DNA from: Phyllobates terribilis
Taxonomy: Eukaryota
Assembly: GCF_046119375.1 (NCBI RefSeq)
Contig: NW_027362770.1
Location: 172,112,001-172,176,000, forward strand
Direction of reading: 5' to 3'
DNA: 64,000 bases
The position numbers and the translations under genes are program-made. Of the stretch, positions 12,561 to 23,600 are shown piece by piece. Numbering within the stretch: position 1 is the stretch's first letter; every line of letters starts with the position of its first letter. A model generated the notes under the pieces. The model was not told the DNA's origin. It was given only the letters and a program-made list of their open reading frames with translations, and did not search any database.

Positions 12561-13075
12561 GCCCCATAACGGCTGCGTGAGCTGCTGCTACAGATGGTAT
12601 GCCCTTGCTCTCTACCATTCCCTTCCAGCCAGCAAACTGCAAAGTACTATGAAGATTCCTTCCTGCAATGTGAGCATCCTGCACTAACGTTTTTTATTGG
12701 CACTATGAGAAATATATGTATTTCCATATGGTAAAACACAGACATATGAATCTGACCTTATTGTTAAGAGTCGTGTCCATGTTCGGATAGTTCCAACAAG
12801 TGAGCCTCCAGTTTGGCGTCTGGCCAGTGCACTCGTTGTACTTCAGGTAATACTATTCTCTGATGTCGTCTTTTCTTTTCTGGCTTTAGAAATTACTCAG
12901 AGGAATGTTTATCAACATGACAGAAGAGGATGATCAATGCTTGTTCATTGTTCTGCGGTAAAGAAAAGAAAGGAAACGTGTTAATATCTGAAGAACAGCT
13001 TCAAAGTTTGATAAGGAGAACATTACACAAGTGCATGTACTTACAAGCACTATCCAACAATACCCATTTATGAAG

Positions 13076-14162
13076 ATTATTATTATTTATTGTTATAGCG
13101 CCATATATTCCATGGTGCTTTACATGTGAAAAAGTGGTATACATACAAAAACAGTTACAATAATCTTGAACAAAACATGATGGTGACTGGTACAGGAGGA
13201 GTGAGGACCCTGACTGCGAGGGCTCACAGTCGACAAGGAAGTGGTGAGGATACAGTAGTTGGGGGTAGAGCTAGTGATGCAGCGGTATGGTGGAGCGATG
13301 GTTAATGCAGGTTGTAGGCTTGTTGGAAGAGGTGGGTCTTCAGGTTCCTTTTGAAGGTTTCCACAGTAGGCGAGAGTCTGATATGTTGGGGTAGAGAGTT
13401 CCAGAGTAGGGGGGATGCATGGGATAAATCTTGTATGCGATTGTGGGAAGAGGAGATAAGAGGGGAGTAGAGCAGGAGATCTTTTGAGGATCGGAGGTTG
13501 CGTGCAGGTAAGTACCGGGAGACTAGGTCACAGATATATGGAGGAGATAGGTTGTGGATGGCTTTGTATGCCGTGGTTAGGGTTTTTAACTGGAGTCTCT
13601 GGGCAATGGGGAGCCAGTGAAGGGATGGACAGAGAGGAGAGGCTGGGGAATAGCAGGGGGACAGGTGGATTAGTCAGGCAGCAGAGTTTAGGATAGATTG
13701 GAAGGGTGCGAGAGTGTTGGAATGAAGGCCACAGAGCAGGAGGTTGCAGTAGTCAAGGCGGGAGATGATGAGGGCGTGCACTAGTGTTTTTGCAGATTCG
13801 TGGTTGAGGAAAGTGCGGATCCGGGAGATATTTTTGAGTTGGAGTTGGCAGGAAGTGGAAAGAGCTTGTATATATGGTATGAAGGAGAGATCAGAATCCA
13901 GGGTTACCCCAAGGCAGGGAGCTTGAGGGACTGGGTAGAGTGAACAGCCATTGACGTTGATAGATAGGTCAGGTGGGAGGGATGAATGAGATGGTGGAAA
14001 GATGATGAGTTCAGTTTTATTCATGTTAAGTTTTAGAAATCTAGCAGAGAAGAAGGATGAGATAGAGGACAGACATTGTGGGATTTTGGTTAGTAGGGAG
14101 GAGATATCGGGTCCAGAGAGGTAGATCTGTGTCTCATCAGCATAGAGGTGATACTTTAAGCT
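13076..14162 (-). mobile_element. 5'-truncated L2-type LINE (RT C-terminus and 3' tail)
   Basis: Minus strand reads KYHLYADETQIYLS (YADD motif), then ORF 13674..14024 NKTEL...LGVTLDSDLSF...LIISRLDYCN. The 3' tail is ...GGCGCTATAACAATAAATAATAAT. Confidence 0.9.
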
Positions 14163-14383
14163 GTGAGACTCTATGATCTGTCCCAGGCCAAAGATGGGAA
14201 TAACCCTTTACATTGTTCTGTGCATTGGGGGCTACAGTATATAGAAGGTGATTGTCCGGTAGTGGACAACCCAATTAATAAAATCATTTTATTGTTCTAT
14301 CCACTTATACCATGCATATTGTCTGCATCACCACCTCTGTTTACTCGAGGCAATGTAAAGCTTACAAAGATGATTTTGCATAG

Positions 14384-14910
14384 TCTGGAGTTTATTCCTG
14401 TCCTGAATGTAGAAAACAATTTCTGATAATCTCCTTATATCAGACGACCTGAAAACTGCAACCAGGACACGAGAGAAGTAGAATCATCCAGAAACAGCAG
14501 AGAGATTCCAGTATAATCAGGTGATGAGCAGGAGGGGATTTACCTCAGGACGACATTACTGGGATGTGGAGAGCAGAAGATCAGGAAACTGGAGGGTGGG
14601 GATGTGTTATCCCAGTATAGACAGGAGGGGAGGTCAGTCACTGATTGGAGATAATAACAAGTCCTGGAGTTTGTGGAGATGTAATAATCAGTATTCAGTG
14701 AAACATGAGAAGAAAGAGATCCGGTTACCTGAGAAGATCTCCAGTGATAGAGTCAGGATATGTCTGGTTTATGAGGCCGGGCAGCTGTCCGTTTATGAGC
14801 TGTGTGACCCTATCAGACACTTACACACCTCCACTGCCGCCTTCACCGAGCCCCTTCTTGCTGCATTATATCTATATGAAGGTTGTGTGACAATATGTGA
14901 AGACTGGTAA
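14384..14910 (+). pseudogene. TRIM-family E3 ligase pseudogene (RING remnant plus PRY/SPRY B30.2)
   Basis: SGVYSCPECRKQF at 14384-14422 is followed, in a different frame, by NLLISDDLKTA...K*NHPETAERF...SGRHYWDVE...WRVGMCYPSI...GQLSVYELCDPIRHLHT...AFTEPL. There is an in-frame TAG at 14479-14481. Confidence 0.88.
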
Positions 14911-16281
14911 TGTATTAGGTCACACGATTTTTAAATAACATGTTTTAAAATCTTCCATCTAATCCGTGTTTTCTTACTTGTCATATATGAGGTTGAAATA
15001 CGATGTTAAAAGGAACCTGACAGAGGTTCGGGCAGCATGAATCAGACACAGGCTGTGTTATTCCGGCCATGTTTTACTCCTAAATGCTGCTGCATTTCAA
15101 AGAAGATGCACTTTAAAAAGTTGTCTACTGCTTCTCCCCACCCTGCTCTGACTGACAGGTCTCTCCCTAAGTTTGTGTTTATGGAGAAACCTTTAAGTCT
15201 AGAGGAGTGGGGTGGGGACAAGCCACGTCAGACCTCTCTCAGTCTTCTAATATACCAGTGTGTGCAGGGAAGAGGAGAAGAAGGTTTCTTCCCTTTAAAT
15301 TCACAAGTTACTTCAATGTCAAATTATTTTCATGCAGAACATTTTTGTTCCAGCTCCTCTGGTGTCACATTGATTCCACTTTACCGCCTACATGTCACTG
15401 ATCAAGATCAGTTCCTTTTACAGACCCATAATTACGCACTCTCTAAATTTTCTGTTGTTTAGAAATGACCAATAAATCTCTATTAATAAATTCAATATAG
15501 ATTTCTCAGCTGTCTTTACATTCTGTATGTGATGAGTCATTTATAAGAAACACTCCAAAGTCATGTAATAAGCAGTGATCTGTGGGAGGGGACATGTTAC
15601 ATCCCGGTAGGCCCCTGAGGCTACCCAAAAACTATTTGAAATGTTATAGTTGTTTAGAGTTTTACCAACTGGGATCCAATGTATTAGAATAAGGCCCAAA
15701 GTATATGGCCATAGTATGCCTATGTGCATGAGCCCTATATGGGGTGCTGTGAAAATAAGCAAGTTCGGAAATTATCCACTATCCATGGATGACTTCCTGA
15801 TCACCAGGGGTTCGACTTCGCACTGATCTTGAAAACGGGGCTCTGAAGAGAATCTTGTGACTGTAGCAATGGTCGATCGTGTGTACATCCGCCCCTTCAT
15901 TCTAATGGGAGTGCCAAAAGATTGCCAAACACAGTGCTCAGCTATCTCCGATGGTCCCATTAGAATGGTGCTCCAGTGCACATGGTCTTCAGAGCCCTAG
16001 TTTTCACGATCTATGGGGCCCTCAGCAGTAGGGAATGTTATAGATAGGAGGCTTCCAAAATTATCTAACCCCTTAAAAATAACCTCCACCAAGAGTGAGA
16101 AATTTTTTTTGGATGATGGGTGTTTCAACTTGTAAAATCTTACATAAATAGATTCGCCATGAGTAGAATTATGGTGCCTTCTCGAGACTCTGCCATACTG
16201 TTCATACTCTCTATTAGGAAAATATGAACATATGAACTACCTGAACTTCCATATGCTTGCCAGAATGAAGAGTCACTTTAA

Positions 16282-16711
16282 GTGCTCGCTCACACAAGTG
16301 TATAACTCGGACGAGTGCTATCGGATGCTTTATCATTTAGCACTTGGACCAATATTATACTATGGGGCAGTGTAGATCTGCATTTTTTTCTCATAGCAAT
16401 TCATAATGAGAAAAAAACCACAGCATGCTGCTAGTGGATCCGGAATTCGGATCAAGCACACCCATTCAAGTCTATGGGTTCGGACTGCACTTGGATGTCT
16501 GATTTACTGGGACAAAGACAATGGAGAAGATGAAGAGATTAAGTTCTCCATCTTATCTGCACCTGTGCTGCGATTCTCTAATGCAAGTGAATTGGATCAC
16601 AATAAGCTGACACTCGGCTCAAACTCTGACAGAGTTTGAGCCGAGTTTAATTTACATAATTGATCGGATTCTCTTGGAAGAAAGAGAATCATCGCTCGTG
16701 TGACCATAGCC
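16282..16711. mobile_element. Diverged Harbinger-type MITE
   Basis: Imperfect ends GTGCTCGCTCACAC / GTGTGACCATAGCC, flanked by TAA. Confidence 0.5.
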
Positions 16712-17085
16712 TAAAAATCGCTCTTTAGTTGGAGGACTCGCTGCAACTGCAACCTGTGGAAAACATCAGACCATTCTCTTCTCGCCACAGATGGTTGCTG
16801 GGCTGGTAGGCTTGAGCACTCAATTACTGCAGATCACTTTAGGGCATCACACCGAGGGTTAATATTTTCGCTCAGGGCTTTTATTTACTTCTAAAAGTGT
16901 CACACAGGTAGGAGATCATCAAGGAGTGGAATGTAGCTACCCGCTGTGTCTAGGACAACGTTTCTAGAAGATCCTCCTCCAGAACAATCTCATAGTTCAG
17001 CAGGCCAGAGCCACGATCAATTCTTGTCAAAAGACCAGAGAACCCTTACCTACTGAGAACTACAGTATTTAAGGATTTGCCTTAA

Positions 17086-17212
17086 GCTACGGCCCCACTA
17101 TCAGTATTTGGTCAGTATTCGGTCAGAATTTTTTCTCAGGAGTGGGAAGAAAAAATGTTGAGGAAAAATACTGACCGAATACTGACCAAATACTAATAGT
17201 GGGGCCGTAACC
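17086..17212. mobile_element. Palindromic MITE, copy 3 (internally deleted)
   Basis: Same TIR family as 7853-8065 (GGCCCCACTATCAGTATTTGGTCAGTATT...). Confidence 0.75.
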
Positions 17213-18963
17213 TTACCAAGACAAGACAAGTGTCTAAGGATTCTCTTTCTATAAGTCAAAGAGACATATTCGAGACCATCATTTGACTGGTTGGGGTATT
17301 TGCAATATCCATCGAGCATCAAATAGATTTGGAAAATGAATGGACTCCATGAATAAGGACAAGGCTAAATGGCTTGAGATTTTTTTTACAATCTTTTTAG
17401 AATATTTTTTAAGTCTCACAAACCTTAGAAGGAATTTTTGCTTAAGTTTCTCGCGCGCTCTATTTTAGAGGTGGATCAGTGAAGAAAAGTGGGGAAAAAA
17501 GATACAAGATTAGACTTTATGGCTGTGTCATCCCAATATATCCTATGACCCGTAAAAAAATCTAGCATGTATGTGACTTTACCACTAGGGGCAGCAAATA
17601 AACTGAATATACTAAACTCAAAATTGGGATTGCTTCTGTAACCGACCCCGGAGGACCAAAAGGGCCCCGTCACATCCTGTTCCAGGCGTGTGGATTAGAT
17701 GATATAAGCTTCTCACTACTTCAAGAATTAATGGTCATCCTGTCAGAGCCAACTGTGGTCAGGAACTGGTCTAGTGAATCTGCTCTGAGGTCCGGCACAT
17801 AGCTCAGGAACCCTCATATATAAAAGACCCCACCTCCCAAGTTTCAGGGACAGTTCAAAATGACCAAAGAGAAACGTAAGGCCCTCGATCACATTAGTTA
17901 AAAGTTCTTCTGACCATCTAATGTTTATGGGGGGCCTCCTGGCAGATGATCAAGTGATATTGAGGAGATAATGATCGGGGCAATTTGAATTAAAATGGTA
18001 ATCAAATGTAAAGAGAGGAAAAAAAATCGCAACGTTAGAATTGCCATTGTTTTTGGATCGGCCACACATTCTTAAGAAAATCAATAAAAAGCGATCAACA
18101 TGTCTTATGTACCCCAAAGTGGTATCAATAAAAACATCAGCTTGCCACGAAGAAAAGCAAGCCCTCACACAGCTCCATTCCCAAAAAATGAAAAAAAAAA
18201 AAGGATTGCAGAAAATGACAACAAAAACTAAAATATATTTTTTTTCTTCAAAACTCTGAATTTTTTTATAATCACTAAAATATAAAACAAAATTATTAAA
18301 GTTTTGTATCACTGTAATTGTTCTAACAGGGAGAATCATGTTAACAGGTCATTCTTACTAGACAATGAATGGAAAAATAATTTAATAAAAAAAAAAAAAG
18401 AAAAATTCCATTTTCTTCACTATTTCATCCCACTTGAATTTATTTTCTGTTTTTTTTTCAGTATATTATATAAGGAAAAATGGATGGGGTCATTTAAAAC
18501 TTCAACTTTTCCTACAAAAGAAAACAAGCTCTCATACGGTTATGGGGAAGGTTGAAAAATTTAAAAAAATGAAGACTCTTGGAAAAAGGGGAGGAAAAAA
18601 CAGCAACAAAAACTAAAACTAAAAAATTAATAGATAAAAATAAATTGTTTGGTCATTTGCCATCTTCCAGACAGAAAGGGTCGACTCACATATTAACTCT
18701 TAATGCCCACATTCACATTAGACCGAACCCGCCGATATTGGCTGACAGTCTAATGCGTATGGATACTTTCCAACAGATAATGTTGGCGTAGATAAGGATC
18801 CGCCACATTTGATTTCGGACTGTCAACCATAAGAGGAGTCAGCGGCGCTCTTACAAAGAACACAGGAGCGTTCAGCCGAGAGGGCACTACTGTATACAGA
18901 GGAGTCATGAGAGACAGAATCATGGTTCAGCCGACAGCTATCTATTGTGCATGGAGCTCCTAA

Positions 18964-19146
18964 GGCCACGTTCACACGTTCAGTATTTTACATCAGTATT
19001 TGTAAGTAAAAACCAGGAGTGGAACAATCAGAGGAAAAGTATAACAGAAACATTTCACCACTTCTGTGTTTTTCACCCACTCTTGATTTTGGCTTACAAA
19101 TAATGAGATAAAAACCTCACCAAATACTCAACCTATGCACGTGGCC
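18964..19146. mobile_element. Harbinger-type MITE related to the palindromic family
   Basis: GGCCACGT...ACGTGGCC ends with TAA/TTA flanks; shares the internal AAAACCAGGAGTGG...AATCAGAGGAAAAGTATAA core. Confidence 0.7.
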
Positions 19147-19856
19147 TTAGGGTGTGCTCACACTGAGTTGTTTTTTTTTTTTGCTGATTTTTTAGAACAG
19201 AAAGTCTCCGAGGAGTTAAAAAACCATGCGTTTTGATTGTAGAGTTGGGGTATGTGCACACAACGTCTCGGAATCCGCCTGAAAAAAAAAAACCCTAAAA
19301 ACAACTGTGCATGTTTTTTTGACCGTCTTTTAATGGTTTCGGGCTTCTAAAAAAAACAGCAAGTAGTTGAAAGAAGTGACCTGACCATTCTTCTGGCCTT
19401 TTCCTTATAAAAACTATTGAAAAAAAACAACGCAAAAGGAAAAACAAACGCCAGAGTTTCCTGAAGCGTCTTCTGCTAGAAAAACTTGGCGGTTTCGCCT
19501 GAGTTGAAAAGACGTTGCCTGCACTTACAGTTGGAGAGTATTCGCTCCAAAAAGTCAGCGAAAAAAAACAACTCAGTGTGAACAGTACACAAGTCTATAT
19601 GCACGCAGAGTCATTTTGCAGAGTTTTCAGAGCAAAAACTAAACAAAGCCTCCAAGTTTTTGAGGAGTTTTGAATTTTTGAGTAGGATTTGGAGAATTTC
19701 CGCTCAGTTTCTGCTCCAAAAACTCACCAAAAACACTCTGTGTGCAAGATCGCAGCCTTTCTGCTCTTCCTATTACTCAATAGGTAGAAGAATTCCAGAA
19801 AGGAAGAGGTTAAGAGGGAGTGTTGTCCAGGTACTGGTAGGAGTAGTCACTGATTG

Positions 19857-19969
19857 CCAGGTGTTGGGAGGATCACAGCAGAAATTTATATAAGAGGGGT
19901 CCTAAACTACTTCTGTCTTTTCAAACTTTTTTTTTTTAATCCAGCAGAGGATGGGAGTAGCTGGTAAGC
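19857..19969 (+). promoter_or_regulatory. Candidate wee2 core promoter and short first exon
   Basis: TATATAAG at 19887 and donor CTG|GTAAGC at 19963/19964. An ATG at 19951 is in strong Kozak context and in frame with the next exon if spliced to the acceptor at 20640/20641. Confidence 0.45.
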
Positions 19970-20645
19970 TGAGGTTGTGAGGGATTTTAAGTGTGTCGCA
20001 CTAGTTCATGATGCCTGTTGGTTTAATTAAAGGGTCACATCAGAAATGGTCCAAATATGCTGTGTGTGTAAGGGGTAACCTTCTACATTTCCACCCCAGG
20101 TGTTATCCTAGGTAATGTACATGTTTGGACTTGGGCAGTAATGGCCAAGAATCTGAGTCTATGCACCATTCTTGTGTTCCCTTTTGTGGGGTCTATAGGA
20201 GGCTTTCTGCTATAATTATGGAAAGTATAACCCTGTATTATGTCCCTGGTCATAAGCCAAAAATGGGAGCCTGTTAAATGGCCACCACATACGAGGAAGG
20301 CAGCAGGCGCTCCGATTACCCAATACTGACCTGGTGAGGTAGTGACAAAAATATAATTTAGGTATCTGATCTGTCACTGGTACTTTCTGTGCCTTCTATG
20401 GGGACCACTAGTAAGTCAGTGTTTGATTCCAGAGAGGGAGCCGTGAAACATCTAGCACATCAGCAGATGAGCATATTTGGGAGAGGATAAGTCTTGTGGC
20501 ACATGCTTCCATAAATGTTTCTTTGGCCCTGGCTATGCCAGCTCCCCCAATTTCTGGATGGTTTTAGTGGGGTATTCTGTTCCAGAACAGTTGGCAAGTA
20601 TGTACTTGTCAATATTGTGGGGTCAATCTGTCACCCGCAGGTCTG

Positions 20646-23600
20646 ATGAGGGGCACAATGTCACATGAATCTGGAATTGTGCAGAAGTTGGACTTCTCCA
20701 GCAGTGAGGAAAATGACTGTGTGAGCCACGAGCACGTGAAAGACTTTCAATGTTCACAAGAAGCTCATGAAAACCTGATGTGGAGAACCCATAAGAGCCC
20801 TTTTCCCGTCACCCCCCAGAGGAACGAGAGGGGGTTCTCTCCATATCCGGAAGCCAGCCCTGATAGTGACTTCTCTCCTCCATCCACACCATATTCTGAG
20901 GTGGAATATCCTGGGACCCCACTCCACTGCAGCACATGGAAGAAGCTAAAACTCTGCGATACGCCCTACACGCCAATGGTAAGAGGAACCCACCTACAAC
21001 TTGTCTGCTACAAATTCCAGCATACTATGAAAGTTAAAGGCTTAAGGCATGCTGGGAGTTGTAGTTGTGCAACCACTGAAGAGCAGACCTGAGACCTAAC
21101 AACTAATCTTGCCTTCTACCCTCAGAGTTTGCTGTACAGGAACTTCCCATCTCCCAGCACACGGGTGCCTCATAGGGGGCATCAGCTTTTAAGGCTTGCA
21201 GGCTGCACTGGTGCCGAACTAGAGGACCCAGCGTTGGTCAACATTAACCCTTTCACCCCTGAAACGTATCAACAGATACAACTGAACTCAAATGGGAAGA
21301 GGAAGGCAGATTCAAGCAGGTGACCAAATATCCTTTTTGTGATACTTGAGGTCCTCCTGAATGAGTTATGGTTTTTCAGGGATGTGATACTTGGGCATTA
21401 GATCAGGTACCACAATTTTGCCTTTAATCCAATGAACGCACGCCCCCCCTTCACTGACATAAATGATTTGAAGTACTGGGCATCTTGCTCCCTACAATCT
21501 TTGTATCACCCTAATATGGAGTCGTCTGGTTTCTCTGGGGTCAGTTGCAGAGGTGATCCTGATATTGAGCTTAGTAAAAAGTTTTTGCTGACCCTTATTG
21601 GTAAAGTCTGAAACACGTGCTATTCCTGCAGTTCATAGGGGGTAACCCAGCCATGAAGTTTAATCTTGTATTTTTTTTTCTCTCCTCCTTAGCACTGATC
21701 CACCATTGAAATACAGAGAGGGTGAAACTTCAGCCAGACTCCCTTCTAAGGTGCGTGACATTCTAAAATATATATCTTGAGCCGTTTAGCATTATCTTTG
21801 CATTTGGCTACTCCCTTTGATACCCAATAGATTTTTGATGATTTGTGCAGGTCTCCAAAAGTCATCTGACTTGGGCCAAATTCAGACATCTGTGTACAGA
21901 CCAACCTCTGGTCTCTGAACCTGAATGCTGCAGCCTCATAGGCATATATGAAGCTGCAGAATCGGGTCCAGGGACCCACGGCTGATCTGTACATGGACTC
22001 TTGTCCATGGAAAGTCCTCAGGAGGTCACTTGCCATGAGGAAAGGTTTGTCTTGGTAAGGCAATTCCTTAAGTTTTTGGCAAGAGGTTCTCTGGTCCCTG
22101 ATCATTAAGTGTTTATATGACACCATCCCAAGTGATCAGATCTGTGGTGAGTCATAGCACTCCCATATTCCCACTGCACCACCATAGGGGAAATTGAAAA
22201 TGACATAGTCCACATTCAAATCAATGGATTGACTAAGTATGACACGTCCTCCAGTGTGAGATGCCCATTGTAACTTTGAGCTATACACATTTGCCAAAAT
22301 TAGGTCAGTATCCTGAAGATTGGTGGAGTGAAAGTTTGGGTTTTAATGTGCCATGTTTTTTAAGCCAATTCCTCTCCATGCATTGTTCACAAAGCTTTCC
22401 CCAGAGATGTCAGTACACAAATACCTTTCAGAATTGCTAGATTGTAAGAGGTCTTGGGTGTCTTCGGCCAAGCCGGGGAGATTTCCAGCCTAGATCTCCC
22501 ATTTTTCCACAAGTCTCCCGGTCATTGCAGAATAGTTGGATACTTACACACATGGCTGCTGCTGACAGTTTTCCAACTTTTTTTCTTCCTTAGAGGTTTG
22601 TGTTGCGTGAATCAAACATGGTGTCCCGATACAAGACGGAATTCCTGGAGATTGAGAAAATCGGGGCTGGAGAGTTCGGAGCAGTTTACAAATGTGTGAA
22701 GAGATTGGACGGCTGTGTCTACGCCATAAAGCGATCGAAGAAACCGGTGGCAGGATCCACAAATGAGTGAGTAATCTGAACTTCTCTATTACTTCTCTGG
22801 GCATAATCTGTGTTGCCATGTGTCCTATTGGTTTACTTTTTTTTACCACCTATTATGGATTCTATATGGTTCTCCACCATAAGGTGGCATTACTATCTGT
22901 TTTAAACTGGCCACTAATATGGTTTGCACACAAAACAATGTTGTCTATTTCTGTACACAGGCAACTGGCATTAAGAGAGGTCTATGCCCATGCGGTGCTG
23001 GGCCATCACCCACATGTGGTGCGATATTACTCTGCATGGGCTGAAGATGACCACATGATCATACAGAATGAATACTGCAATGGTAAGGCCAAGGCCATCT
23101 TGCCTATACATGTTTGGACCACTTCATTGCTTCTGTAAACGGGTGGGGTGCCGATGGGCTATCATTGCCTATGACTGGCTCCCATCGCCGACCTCTTGGT
23201 CCTCCTCCAACCTTTCATCGTCTTTCCTATCATGTTGGCATCAGGTGGAAGCCTGCAGGACCTGATCATGGAGAACATGAAGAACGGACAGCTGGTGCAG
23301 GAACAAGAGCTGAAGGAGATTCTTCTGCAGGTGTCCATGGGTCTGAAGTACATCCACAGCTCGGGCCTGGTGCACATGGACATCAAGCCAAGTTGGTACC
23401 AGCTCATTTTGCACAACATTTAGACTGTCCACAACTAGAATTTCTTTTTCTAGAAACAGCGAGACACTTAAATGTATGTGGAACTGCAGCTTGAGCCTAT
23501 TGACTTGAATAGAGCTGAATTGCAGTACCACAAACACCATATGGACAAGGATGGTGCAGTTTTGGTTGAAAGCAGCTGTGTTTTCCTAGTCTTGGACCAA

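Noticed and set aside
12767-12960. Exon-like segments with AG/GT boundaries
   Set aside because: The implied intron is only ~43 nt and no protein similarity was recognised.
21746-22126. 126-aa antisense ORF in a wee2 intron
   Set aside because: No recognisable domain; its length is compatible with chance.
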